Shown here piece after piece: positions 24,305 through 33,268 of a DNA stretch of 51,105 nt. Source of the stretch: a virus. Position numbers and translations under genes: made by a program. The stretch lies in IMG/VR virus record IMGVR_UViG_3300045988_086227; one strand, given 5' to 3'. Within the stretch, counting starts at the first letter, position 1, and every line of letters begins with the position of its first letter. The notes beneath the pieces are model-generated. The model was not told where the DNA came from. It saw only the letters and a list, made by a program, of their open reading frames with translations, and ran no database searches.

Positions 24305-25201
24305 GTGGCAATTCTGAATGGCTTGTATATTCATGTCACTGAGGAAAGCGCGGAGCGGGAGGTCGATGCGACCTCCCACCCCGTTGAGCAAGGTGTTCCG
24401 ACAACGGACACGGTGAAAGCCAAAGCACTCTCTATTTCGCTTTCCGGCAAAATTGTTGACTACGGCAACATGAAGGCGGCGCAAGTCCTTTCCCAAATAA
24501 AAGCATGGCAGGAAGCCGGTTCTCTCGTCTTATACAAGGGGCGAAACACGGCTTCCTCCATGCAAATCAAGTCTTTTCAAACATCCCATCCGAACACCAA
24601 TCACGGCGGCGCAGACTTTTCCATGACGCTGACGCAGGTGCGCATTGCCAAAAGTGCATATACGCCGAAAAAGGCAAGCGACAAGGAAAAAGAAGAAGCA
24701 GCCAAGAAAAATGTCGAAATCAAGGTTGGGTCAATTGTGCTTTTCAAAGGCGGAAGCGTGTATGTTGCCTCAGATGCAAAGAAAGCAGCTGCTACACGCG
24801 GACGATCTACTTGCAAGGTGACGAAAATCGGCACAGCATCTTGGTCGGTTCACAAGTACCATCTGATTTCAACCGATGGCGGCATGGTGTATGGCTGGGT
24901 GGACAGAAGCAACATTGATGGATGCGTTTCCACAGGTACAAGCGGCACAACCAACGCTGGAACACAGCAGATAAAAAGCAACAAAACAAGTGCTACGACT
25001 GGCAATGCTACTGGAAAAATGTACCCAGTCTATCACAAAGTCAAAAGCGGCGACACAGTCTACAAACTTGTAGTGCAGTACAGTTATTTGGGCAAGTCTG
25101 TTGGCTGGGTTATCAGCAACAGCCCGAACGCTTTTTCAAAGCCGGGAAATGCGACAACGTTGAAAGTCGGTGCTTATCTTCTGATGGGATACAAGCAGTA
25201 A
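24305..25201 (+). CDS. Tail protein with LysM-like C-terminus (XkdP-like)
   Basis: GTG follows GGGAGGTG. The C-terminus YHKVKSGDTVYKLV...LKVGAYLL is LysM-like. Located directly after the tape measure. Confidence 0.6.
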   Translation: MAILNGLYIHVTEESAEREVDATSHPVEQGVPTTDTVKAKALSISLSGKIVDYGNMKAAQVLSQIKAWQEAGSLVLYKGRNTASSMQIKSFQTSHPNTNHGGADFSMTLTQVRIAKSAYTPKKASDKEKEEAAKKNVEIKVGSIVLFKGGSVYVASDAKKAAATRGRSTCKVTKIGTASWSVHKYHLISTDGGMVYGWVDRSNIDGCVSTGTSGTTNAGTQQIKSNKTSATTGNATGKMYPVYHKVKSGDTVYKLVVQYSYLGKSVGWVISNSPNAFSKPGNATTLKVGAYLLMGYKQ

Positions 25202-25214
25202 AGGGGGAATGTAA

Positions 25215-25556
25215 ATGACTTCGCCGGATGTATTGGAAATCAACAAGGACTTGCTGCCGTACACGTGCAACATCCAGCTTGCTGGCGAGATATTTACATT
25301 GCACTTCAACTACAACGCGACGGCAGAACTTTTCACGATTGACCTTTACCGGGACAATGAGCTAATTTGTGCAGGAGAGCCAATTGTGTACGGCAAGCCG
25401 TTATGGAGCGATGTATATAGGGCTGGTATTTTTCCCGCAGTGGAGATTATCCCGAAAAACCCAAGCGGTGGAAGCAATGCTGTGACCTTCGATAATTTGG
25501 GGCAGACGGTTCTGATGATTGTTGACAACGGAGAGGGGGAAGCATCTGGTGAATGA
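25215..25556 (+). CDS. Hypothetical tail/baseplate protein
   Basis: 113 aa ORF in the baseplate module. No motif recognised. Confidence 0.45.
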   Translation: MTSPDVLEINKDLLPYTCNIQLAGEIFTLHFNYNATAELFTIDLYRDNELICAGEPIVYGKPLWSDVYRAGIFPAVEIIPKNPSGGSNAVTFDNLGQTVLMIVDNGEGEASGE

Positions 25557-26457
25557 CGCATACTCCAAGGCTGTTATGCAAAGTCATGACAGCAAGCTAA
25601 CTTCAGCTCTGGTTAAGGCGTTTGAGACATGGAAGGAACCCTATGACATTCGACCAGACGGTGTGTTTGGGAGCATTGCTATCGTCCGAACCGGTCAAGT
25701 CACAATCAACTCGGAAACGCTTGACTTGGAGTTTACAGTTCCATTCGATGATGACCTTGAACCGAATGAAGCAGAAATCATCGTCTATAACCTGTCCGAC
25801 AATACGATTAAGCAACTCAAAAAAGGCGCGGAAATCTCTATCGAAGCAGGCTACAAAGGCGACACAGGGATTCTCTTCAAAGGGTACATCTCAAAAGTAA
25901 AAACAAAGCATGATGCTGTGGACAAAGCGACGACCATCTACGCGATGGACGACATCAAAGACCACAGCATCGAAAGCATGTCCTTTGCAGCGAACTCCCA
26001 AGCAAGCTATATTCTGAAAACACTGATTGAGAAAACTGGGATTCCGGTCGCGGTATTTAGTCCTCGAAGGGATTACACCTATAAAGATTCGCAGACGGTT
26101 GACGGCGACTTGATGGAAAACATCAAAAAATACGCAGAAGTCTGCGGCATATCCGTTTATGTCAGCAAGGGGAAAATCTATGCTCGGTACATCAAGGAGG
26201 GGGATAACCTGAATTTTGATGTATCTGTCGAGACCGGCATGATTGGATCGCCAAGCGACTACGAGGAAGAAATCACCGCCGAGGACTATACGGATACAAT
26301 TGACGGACATGAGGTTGAAATGCTGCTTCAGCATCGCCTTTATGCAGGTGCGATTGTCAAGCTGACAAGCAAGAATGCAACCGGAACATTTCGGGTGTGT
26401 AGCGGCGAACATCGCTTTTCGCCAGATGAAGCTGTTACCGTTGCAAAAATGTACTGA
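25549..26457 (+). CDS. Baseplate hub / late control D-like protein (XkdQ-like)
   Basis: About 300 aa in Xkd gene order. The GTG 25549 start is uncertain; ATG 25576 is an alternative. Confidence 0.55.
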   Translation: MNDAYSKAVMQSHDSKLTSALVKAFETWKEPYDIRPDGVFGSIAIVRTGQVTINSETLDLEFTVPFDDDLEPNEAEIIVYNLSDNTIKQLKKGAEISIEAGYKGDTGILFKGYISKVKTKHDAVDKATTIYAMDDIKDHSIESMSFAANSQASYILKTLIEKTGIPVAVFSPRRDYTYKDSQTVDGDLMENIKKYAEVCGISVYVSKGKIYARYIKEGDNLNFDVSVETGMIGSPSDYEEEITAEDYTDTIDGHEVEMLLQHRLYAGAIVKLTSKNATGTFRVCSGEHRFSPDEAVTVAKMY

Positions 26458-26471
26458 TAGGGGGTGATAGC

Positions 26472-26876
26472 GTGGGCAGCATGAACTTTGTCAATTCAGC
26501 GATTGAGAAGAAGCTGATGGACTTGCACTGCGGATATATCGGTAAAGTAATCTGGACGGATGGAGTGACAGCCAAGGTGCAACCGCTTGGTCTTATGAAA
26601 GAAAACGATGGGGTCGCAAAGACACAAGCCGTCGTTTCCGATGTGCCGGTTGCGTGCCGATACAAAATCAAGGAACAAACTATCACATACCTTGTTAGCG
26701 CGGATGGGGAAAGAAACAGTCAGAAGATTGCTGTGCCTGTACAGATTGAGAAAGGCGACCTTGTAGCCTGCATCTGCGCGGACAGGGACATCACCGACGC
26801 ACGGCGCGGTGGAAATTCGCTTCCCCCAGCTGGTCGCCATAGCATTTCAGACAGCATTATTGTCGGCATTCTTTGA
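26472..26876 (+). CDS. Baseplate spike/plug protein (Gp138 N-terminal-like / V-like)
   Basis: Pattern LHCGYIGKVIWTDGVTAKVQPL...VSDVPVA...EKGDLVACICADRDI. Confidence 0.45.
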   Translation: MGSMNFVNSAIEKKLMDLHCGYIGKVIWTDGVTAKVQPLGLMKENDGVAKTQAVVSDVPVACRYKIKEQTITYLVSADGERNSQKIAVPVQIEKGDLVACICADRDITDARRGGNSLPPAGRHSISDSIIVGIL

Positions 26877-26893
26877 TGGAGGGGACGGATTGC

Positions 26894-27250
26894 ATGAAGG
26901 GCTTTGCAATGGACGAAAATGGGGATGTGCTGATTGAAAACGGTGCAATTAGCCTTGCCGTTGGCGACAATCTGTTGCAGCAAAAGGTCTGTGCGGTGCT
27001 GCGCACCAACCTGAAAGAATGGTTCTTCGATTGGGAACAAGGGGTTGATTTCGATAATCTGCTTGGCAAGAACGTCGGTGATGAACTTGCGCGCTATGAG
27101 ATTGAACGTGGTCTTCATCAAGTGGACAGCACGTTCAATCTCACGGAATTTGCCTATACTGCGGATTATTCTGCCCGCATAGCGAAAATCGTGTTCAAGG
27201 CACGCAATGCAGACGGCGAAGAAGTGGGAGGTGAAATTGCATGGGATTAA
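26894..27250 (+). CDS. Baseplate wedge protein (gp25/W-like, XkdS/DUF2634-like)
   Basis: ATG 26894 follows GGAGGGGA. Pattern DENGDVLIENGAISLAVGDNLLQQKVCAVLRTNLKEWFFDWEQGVDF. Confidence 0.55.
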   Translation: MKGFAMDENGDVLIENGAISLAVGDNLLQQKVCAVLRTNLKEWFFDWEQGVDFDNLLGKNVGDELARYEIERGLHQVDSTFNLTEFAYTADYSARIAKIVFKARNADGEEVGGEIAWD

Positions 27251-28401
27251 CAGAGAAAGGCTACCAGAGACGAAATTATGCGGAAATTCTGGAGGCAAAA
27301 ATCCAGCGAGCGAAAGAACTTCTTGGCGAGGACATTGACACGAGCGATCAGTCTGTACTGGGCAAGTATCTTCGAATCAACGCATACGATCAGGCTATTG
27401 CAGAGGAAGAAATCGAGAAAGTCTACTATGCACGATTTCCGAACACGGCATCCGGTCAGAGTCTCGACCGTCTGCTCATCTTTGCAGGTATCTCGCGCAA
27501 CCCCGCGCTGTCTGCCGTATACAGTGTCAGAGTGAAGGGAACAGCAGGATATGTTATTCCAGCTGGCTTTCTTGTCTCAACCGACACCGAACTCACCTAC
27601 TGGACAACGGCTGAAAATACAATTGGGAACGACGGCACTTGCCTTGTACAGGTGAGCTGCACGGAAGCTGGAACAATTGGGAACATCGCCAGTGCGACAG
27701 CCATACACAGAATCGTAAATCCGGATGCAAGCATTGATAGCGTGGAGGGCGTGAGCCTTTTGATTGCTGGTGCGGATGAGGAAAGCGACGCTGACCTCCG
27801 TCTGCGTTTCTCTGCTGCCGTTGAAGGCACAGGCAGTTGCAATGAAAATGCCATCAGGTCGTCCGTGCTTCGCGTCCCGACTGTGAAATATGCTGAGGTC
27901 ATTGCGAACAACGAAGACACGGAAGATTCAGAAGGTCGCCCGCCGCATAGCTTTGAATGCTACGTTCTTGGCGGTGATGGGTACGAGCAGGAGATTGCAT
28001 CAGCAATTTTCGACAAGCGTCCTGTCGGCATTAAGACGGTTGGCGATAAGGCAGTCACTATCACAGATGTAACCGGATCAGAGCGGGTGGTCAACTATTC
28101 CCCCGCGCCGCGTGTTGGCATTACGGTAAAGGCAAAAATCAAGACAACAACATCTTTCCCAGACGATGGAATTGTGCTGGTTCAGCAGAACATTGCCAAT
28201 TACATCAACGGACTTGGTATTGGCAATTCGCTTGTGTTGTCCTCCATCTACGGACATATTTACGGAGTTGTAGGCGTTGCGGAAGTTACAATACTGCAAT
28301 TGTCCACTGATGGTGGAAACACCTACAGCACCGAAAATGTTTCTGTTCCGGCATATGGCGTTGCAGTGTGCGCGAATGTGCATGTGGAGGTGGTTGCGTA
28401 A
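27241..28401 (+). CDS. Baseplate J-like protein (XkdT-like)
   Basis: 386 aa. The N-terminus GYQRRNYAEILEAKIQRAKELLGEDIDTSDQSVLG... is typical of Baseplate_J. Confidence 0.8.
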   Translation: MGLTEKGYQRRNYAEILEAKIQRAKELLGEDIDTSDQSVLGKYLRINAYDQAIAEEEIEKVYYARFPNTASGQSLDRLLIFAGISRNPALSAVYSVRVKGTAGYVIPAGFLVSTDTELTYWTTAENTIGNDGTCLVQVSCTEAGTIGNIASATAIHRIVNPDASIDSVEGVSLLIAGADEESDADLRLRFSAAVEGTGSCNENAIRSSVLRVPTVKYAEVIANNEDTEDSEGRPPHSFECYVLGGDGYEQEIASAIFDKRPVGIKTVGDKAVTITDVTGSERVVNYSPAPRVGITVKAKIKTTTSFPDDGIVLVQQNIANYINGLGIGNSLVLSSIYGHIYGVVGVAEVTILQLSTDGGNTYSTENVSVPAYGVAVCANVHVEVVA

Positions 28402-29123
28402 TGGTTACGCAATTTATCCGCGATAAGCCGGAGCAGAATCTTCCAGACGCATATCGCAAGAATTCCGACTCTAACAACGCGAAACTGCTTGGCATTGAAT
28501 GTGACGCAGTCCGTGCGTTAAGCGATGCAGTAAACGCCATCTATGACAGTCTGGACATTGACAAGGCATACGGCAAAACGCTTGATCTGTACGGCGATAT
28601 GGTCTCGCAGGCGAGAGGAAAAGCCACGGATGAGCAGTATCGAATCCTGATTAAAAACCAGATTACTCGGAACTTCTGTAACGGGGACTATAACAGTTTG
28701 ATGAGTGCGCTCTGCGTAACGTTTAACTGCAATCCATCGGATATTTCGCTTGTAGAGCCAGAGGAGCCATGCAGACTGAGGGTCGAAGGACTGCCAATCG
28801 CGAAACTTAACGAGAGCAACATCGACATCACCACAGCAATTCTGATTGTTCAGAACCTTGTCCCTGTTGGTGTGCAGCTCGAATCTATCAGTTTCTCCGG
28901 TACTTTCGAGTTTTCCGGTGGAACGACGTTGGAGTATGACGCGCAGAAGGGCTTCGCGGACGACGCACAGTCAATCGGTGGATACCTTGGGCTTGTTGGC
29001 GGTAGCACCCCCAACTCGTCTGGGCAAACTCCCAGCCTTTACACTGCGGTTCTGGGGAAGGCATCTATTGGTCGAATGATTCTGGGCAAAAGCAAAGAAG
29101 GAGGAAAAGACGATGGACTTTAA
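28401..29123 (+). CDS. Baseplate/tail protein (XkdU / DUF2313-like)
   Basis: ATG overlaps the upstream stop (TAATG). Sequence LPDAYRKNSDSNNAKLLGIECDAV. Position follows the J-like gene. Confidence 0.55.
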   Translation: MVTQFIRDKPEQNLPDAYRKNSDSNNAKLLGIECDAVRALSDAVNAIYDSLDIDKAYGKTLDLYGDMVSQARGKATDEQYRILIKNQITRNFCNGDYNSLMSALCVTFNCNPSDISLVEPEEPCRLRVEGLPIAKLNESNIDITTAILIVQNLVPVGVQLESISFSGTFEFSGGTTLEYDAQKGFADDAQSIGGYLGLVGGSTPNSSGQTPSLYTAVLGKASIGRMILGKSKEGGKDDGL

Positions 29124-30090
29124 CAACAAAGCTCCTGATTGGAGCGCACCGGGTGTTGAACCGCCTGCTTCGCTGAAAGAACAAGGGTTTGAAGCAGGAT
29201 ACAAGCCGCCTGCGTCGTTCTTCAACTGGTTCTGGACGCGCGTAAGCTTTTGCCTGTCCGAACTGCAAAACAAGCTGTCTGGACACGCCGACAGTAAAAG
29301 CAATCCGCATGGTGTTACGGCGGCACAAATTGGACTTGGGAAAGTCAACAACACGGCAGACAGTGAGAAGCAGGTTGCATCAGCCAACAGAGCCACATCA
29401 GCCGGAAAAGTTGATAAAAGCATGGTCGTTCGATTCAATGGCGGCGCATCCGAAGGAACGAGCATGTGGACATTCAACGGTTCCGCAAGCAAGGACGTGA
29501 ATATCACAGCAACGAAAATCGGAGCAGCAGATACCACGCTTTCCAATGTCAGCTCGGAAACACTTGCCGCGAAATTGGCAGACGCAGGTGGCAGTGGGGC
29601 ACCGATTGTTGCGGCAGCCTCCACCGATGGCGTGACATATACTGCAACCGTAAAAGGCGTGACGGAGCTAAAAAACGGTCTGACGATTGTGATTGTTCCA
29701 AACATCGCAAGCACATCTACTGAAATCACGCTGAACGTCAACAGCCTTGGCGCAAAGACTGTCCGCATTCCGCTCAGCTTCAACACGGCTGCTATGACAA
29801 GCCCCGGAAGCGCGTCCTTCTTTGCTGCTGGGAGACCCGTCACTTTACAATACGATTCCGCTTATGCCAACATCGGCACTTGGAAGACAGTGGACAAGCA
29901 GCGCGCTTCTGCGCAGGACTTGTATGGAATCGTGCCAATTGCAAGCGGCGGCACAGGAGCGGAAACAGCTGCGGCAGCACGAGAAGCACTTGGTGTCACA
30001 CTGGAGAATCTGGGAGACATTATCATCAGCGAAACGACACCGGCGACTGTCGCAGATGGCAAGTGGTATCTCATCAAGTCGGAGGTGTAA
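29113..30090 (+). CDS. Tail fibre protein
   Basis: The N-terminus APDWSAPGVEPPASLKEQGFEAGYKPPASFFNWFW is typical of fibre proteins. Also has the NPHGVTAAQIGLGKVNN and GGTGAETAAAAREALG motifs. Confidence 0.8.
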   Translation: MDFNNKAPDWSAPGVEPPASLKEQGFEAGYKPPASFFNWFWTRVSFCLSELQNKLSGHADSKSNPHGVTAAQIGLGKVNNTADSEKQVASANRATSAGKVDKSMVVRFNGGASEGTSMWTFNGSASKDVNITATKIGAADTTLSNVSSETLAAKLADAGGSGAPIVAAASTDGVTYTATVKGVTELKNGLTIVIVPNIASTSTEITLNVNSLGAKTVRIPLSFNTAAMTSPGSASFFAAGRPVTLQYDSAYANIGTWKTVDKQRASAQDLYGIVPIASGGTGAETAAAAREALGVTLENLGDIIISETTPATVADGKWYLIKSEV

Positions 30091-30093
30091 GCT

Positions 30094-30651
30094 GTGGCGA
30101 AAATCAAAGTGAGCGTTGATGATTTAAGCCTCGCTTCGACATACAGTTGTATACAGGAGTTCGAGGAAGGAACAGGTGCACTCATCAACCGCTATACAAC
30201 CAGCGCTACAAAGGATGTAAAGAGTGTTACCTTCGCCTTTGAACTGCCGTCTGCTTCCAAGGTTCGGCGTGCGACAGTGTACGCAACGCTGAGTAATTCG
30301 GCTTTTGCCGCCGCTGTCTGTACAATCAACGGGATGCGATGCTCTTATAAAACAACAGCCGCTGTGCCTGTGGAAATTGAAGAAGGTGCTACCAGTATAA
30401 TCGTGCCATTCGTTTTTCAGATTATGCCGGTTCTCCATACAAATCACGGTTCGGTTGAGAAAACCAATCACAGGAGCGAGGTTACGTTCTCTGATGTGTA
30501 TCTGCTCATCGAGACAGTAGACAATTGCATCCTCCACGCGGAAAACGGGGAGCTTGTCCCGTACCAGCTTTACCATGCCGAAGGCGGCATCCTTGTACCA
30601 TACCAGTTTCAACGCGCTGTGGATGGCGCTCTTGTCCCATATGGCGGATAA
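30094..30651 (+). CDS. Hypothetical tail-fibre-associated protein
   Basis: GTG follows GGAGGTG. The C-terminus has three G.LVPY repeats (GELVPYQ, GILVPYQ, GALVPYG). Confidence 0.5.
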   Translation: MAKIKVSVDDLSLASTYSCIQEFEEGTGALINRYTTSATKDVKSVTFAFELPSASKVRRATVYATLSNSAFAAAVCTINGMRCSYKTTAAVPVEIEEGATSIIVPFVFQIMPVLHTNHGSVEKTNHRSEVTFSDVYLLIETVDNCILHAENGELVPYQLYHAEGGILVPYQFQRAVDGALVPYGG

Positions 30652-30669
30652 CAAAGGAGGATGATACCC

Positions 30670-30969
30670 ATGAACTTGTACCAATGGTTGTGCTTGCTGA
30701 GTGTGCCTGCCCTGCTGCTGGCAGGTCTTAAGTACCTTTTGAACCAGATCAAGGGTGTGAGGATGGGCGTGAAAGCCCTGCTCCGAGCAAACATGATTTC
30801 CGAATATGAAACATGGCATGAGCGAGGCTTTGCACCTCTCTATGCCAAGCAGAACTTTGAGAATCTGTGGGTTCAGTATCACGCTATCAAAGGACCAAAT
30901 GGCGTGATGGATGACCTCCACACGAAATTTCTGGCACTTCCCACCGAACGACATGAGAGAGGAGAATGA
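30670..30969 (+). CDS. Membrane-anchored protein of the lysis module
   Basis: ATG 30670 lies 9 nt after AAAGGAGG. N-terminal TM segment WLCLLSVPALLLAGL. Overlaps the holin start. Confidence 0.5.
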   Translation: MNLYQWLCLLSVPALLLAGLKYLLNQIKGVRMGVKALLRANMISEYETWHERGFAPLYAKQNFENLWVQYHAIKGPNGVMDDLHTKFLALPTERHERGE

Positions 30970-31244
30970 AAATGAACATTAACTGGACTGTCCGAATCAA
31001 AAACAAGAACTTCTGGATTGCTCTTATCCCTGCGGTATTGCTGCTTGTGCAGGTGGTGGCTGCCGTGTTTGGCTTCGCCATTGACCTTGGCGAACTGGGG
31101 AACAAGTTGCTGGCGGTTGTCAACGCACTCTTCGCCGTGCTATCTATCCTCGGCATCGTGGCTGACCCAACCACGGAGGGTATGGCTGACAGTACGCAGG
31201 CATTGACCTACACCGAGCCCAAGAAGTCGAACGAAATCTTGTAA
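30966..31244 (+). CDS. Holin (phi LC3 / LL-H family-like)
   Basis: Pattern NINWTVRIKNKNFWIALIPAVLLLVQ...LSILGIVADPTTEGMADSTQALTYTEP. Confidence 0.85.
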   Translation: MKMNINWTVRIKNKNFWIALIPAVLLLVQVVAAVFGFAIDLGELGNKLLAVVNALFAVLSILGIVADPTTEGMADSTQALTYTEPKKSNEIL

Positions 31245-31251
31245 CCATGGA

Positions 31252-31280
31252 GGAGGCGGAGCAATCCGCCTTCTTTTTTT
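31252..31280 (+). terminator. Rho-independent terminator between holin and endolysin
   Basis: Stem ggcgga-GCAA-tccgcc followed by ttcttttttt. Confidence 0.65.
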
Positions 31281-31303
31281 CGTATCAAAAGGGAGGAATC
31301 AAC

Positions 31304-32182
31304 ATGGCATCTGACCGACAAAAGGTAATCGACATCGCGCTGGCAGAGGATGGCTACTTGGAAAAGGCAACAACTGAGCAGCTTGACGAGAAAACGGCGA
31401 ACGCCGGGAACAAAAACTATACCAAGTATGCACGCGACCTTGCAGATGTACGCTTTTTCAATGGGCGCAAACAAGGGACTGCTTGGTGTTCCGTTTTTGT
31501 GGCATGGTGCTTCTTCAAGGCGTATGGCAAGGCGGCTGCGCTTGCACTGCTGTGTCAACCGAGCAACGCTGCGAACAACTGCGGCGCAGGCTGTAAATTC
31601 GCACGCAGATATTTCAAGGCAAAAGGACAGTTATACACAAGCAATCCACAGGCTGGTGACGTGATTTTCTTCTACAGCAAGGATAAGAGCAGCATTTCGC
31701 ACACCGGCATTGTTTACAAGGTGGATAGCACCTATGTCTACACGGTTGAGGGCAACACATCCAGCGCAAGCGGCGTTGTCGCCAACGGCGGTGCAGTGGC
31801 GAAAAAGAAGTACAGCCACACATATAACCGCCTTGCTGGGTATGGTCGTCCTGCGTATGGCAATATCGGCACAGAAACGGGCACAGGAGCGCCCACAACA
31901 AAAGATGAGCAAGAACCCTCAAAAGAACCCGGAGCGGCATCAGCGGGCAAAACAGAGGGCAAGGCGATCACGGTAACGCTGACGACATTGAGAAACGGTA
32001 GTACAGGCGCACAGGTTAAGACACTGCAACGCCTCTTGAGCGCGATGGACTATTACAACGGCGAGACTGACGGTAAGTTCGGCATCTCAACGGCGGCAGC
32101 TGTGAAAGCATTCCAGCGTGCAAAGCGGCTTACGGTGGACGGCATCGTTGGTAAGAACACATGGACTGCACTGCTGAAATAA
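31304..32182 (+). CDS. Endolysin: CHAP domain plus PG_binding_1-like domain
   Basis: ATG 31304 follows GGGAGGA. CHAP Cys (TAWCSVFVAWC) and His (SHTGIVY). The C-terminus is GSTGAQVKTLQRLL...DGKFG...AVKAFQ...VDGIVGKNTW. Confidence 0.85.
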   Translation: MASDRQKVIDIALAEDGYLEKATTEQLDEKTANAGNKNYTKYARDLADVRFFNGRKQGTAWCSVFVAWCFFKAYGKAAALALLCQPSNAANNCGAGCKFARRYFKAKGQLYTSNPQAGDVIFFYSKDKSSISHTGIVYKVDSTYVYTVEGNTSSASGVVANGGAVAKKKYSHTYNRLAGYGRPAYGNIGTETGTGAPTTKDEQEPSKEPGAASAGKTEGKAITVTLTTLRNGSTGAQVKTLQRLLSAMDYYNGETDGKFGISTAAAVKAFQRAKRLTVDGIVGKNTWTALLK

Positions 32183-32194
32183 GAGTAACAAAAG

Positions 32195-32223
32195 AGGGAG
32201 GGGCTTCGCGCCTCTCCCTTTTT
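32195..32223. terminator. Bidirectional rho-independent terminator
   Basis: 10-bp stem agggaggggc / gcgcctctccct with T-runs on both strands. It separates the + late genes from the - genes. Confidence 0.75.
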
Positions 32224-32240
32224 GCTTTCCAATCACAATC

Positions 32241-32426
32241 TCACTTGTCATTATGTGCATCCATGTCCGCGCGGATCAACTGCTTGATGAACTTTGCCAC
32301 GTTCGGCTGCTTCTCCAAGTACTCCAGAAGCTCAGGCTCGGTGTTGCGGTTCAAGTCCACCGTGAATCGGCGGATGGTCTTCTTCATGTATTTAAGCTGT
32401 GGGGCATTCTTTTCTTTCTCGGTCAT
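32241..32426 (-). CDS. Ribbon-helix-helix (Arc/CopG-like) DNA-binding protein, 61 aa
   Basis: ATG 32426 follows GGAGGA. The KKTIRRFTVDLNRNTEPELLEYLEKQPNVAKFIKQLIRADM pattern is recalled from RHH proteins of Firmicutes mobile elements. Confidence 0.6.
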   Translation of the reverse strand: MTEKEKNAPQLKYMKKTIRRFTVDLNRNTEPELLEYLEKQPNVAKFIKQLIRADMDAHNDK

Positions 32427-32472
32427 GATGTTTCTTTTCCTCCATCCCCGTGTAGCCGATAGGGCAGCGTTG

Positions 32473-32697
32473 TTAGTTGTCGGCACTCTTACTTGCAAAG
32501 TGTTTGTTCATATATTCACGGACAAGGTTTTCAAGATATTCCTTATCATCGTGGCTAATACGTTTTCCGTCCAACAGCGTCCAAATCAACCCGTCCACTG
32601 CATGCAACCCTTCCATAGATTCCGCACAAGTCCGGATAATGACTTCAAGCCGATATGCAGCTGGATTCGCAAGGGGTCTATACTTCATATTTTCCAT
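32473..32697 (-). CDS. Hypothetical protein, 74 aa
   Basis: RBS AAAGGAA. No motif recognised. Confidence 0.5.
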   Translation of the reverse strand: MENMKYRPLANPAAYRLEVIIRTCAESMEGLHAVDGLIWTLLDGKRISHDDKEYLENLVREYMNKHFASKSADN

Positions 32698-32769
32698 GAT
32701 CAGTTTCCTTTCTGTGGGTTATATCGCCATCCCTGTCGTCACAGTCTAAATGTTAGATGGTCTATATGC

Positions 32770-33000
32770 TCAATCCATCGCGTCATCCAGATAATCAAGC
32801 GCATCCTGTATGCTGCTTATTGCAGATTCCAAGTTGTCAGCAGCTTCCTGCATTGCCTGCCCACGTTCACTTTCCTGAACACCTTCCGGGAGGCTGTCCA
32901 AAGCGTCCTGCTCTTCGTCTTGCAGAGATTCAATTTCATGCATCAGTTCATCAAGTCTTTCGCAAATATGCTTGATGGACTTACGTCTGGTATTGTTCAT
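32770..33000 (-). CDS. Highly acidic hypothetical protein, 76 aa
   Basis: ATG 33000 lies 8 nt after AGGAGG. 21 of 76 residues are D or E (LQDEEQDALDSLPEGVQESERGQAMQEAADNLE...). Confidence 0.55.
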   Translation of the reverse strand: MNNTRRKSIKHICERLDELMHEIESLQDEEQDALDSLPEGVQESERGQAMQEAADNLESAISSIQDALDYLDDAMD

Positions 33001-33013
33001 GATTATATCCTCC

Positions 33014-33042
33014 TTGACATTTCGGTCATTATTGTTTATAAT
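33014..33042 (+). promoter_or_regulatory. Exact-consensus sigma-70 promoter, + strand, antisense to the micro-ORF operon
   Basis: TTGACA (33014-19), then a 17-nt spacer, then TATAAT (33037-42). The predicted transcript begins at hairpin 33053-33072. Confidence 0.6.
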
Positions 33043-33088
33043 CATCTGGGAAGCGGCGGTTGCACCCGCCGCCCCCAGACTTGACGAG

Positions 33089-33220
33089 TTACTGCTCGGC
33101 GGTCTTGCTCTGCGTCAGCTTACTGGGCTTGATGGTGATTGTAATCCGTTCTGCGAGGTCTGGATTCTCACTCAACAGCTTCAGCAGCTCTTGCAGGGCT
33201 TTTTTTGCGTCCCTGTCCAT
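33089..33220 (-). CDS. Hypothetical protein, 43 aa
   Basis: RBS AAAGGAGGG. Sequence MDRDAKKALQELLKLLSENPDLAERITITIKPSKLTQSKTAEQ. Too short for the ORF track. Confidence 0.45.
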   Translation of the reverse strand: MDRDAKKALQELLKLLSENPDLAERITITIKPSKLTQSKTAEQ

Positions 33221-33268
33221 TGGCTTTCCCTCCTTTCTGTCGGGATTCTTGTTCCTCCCGACACATAT

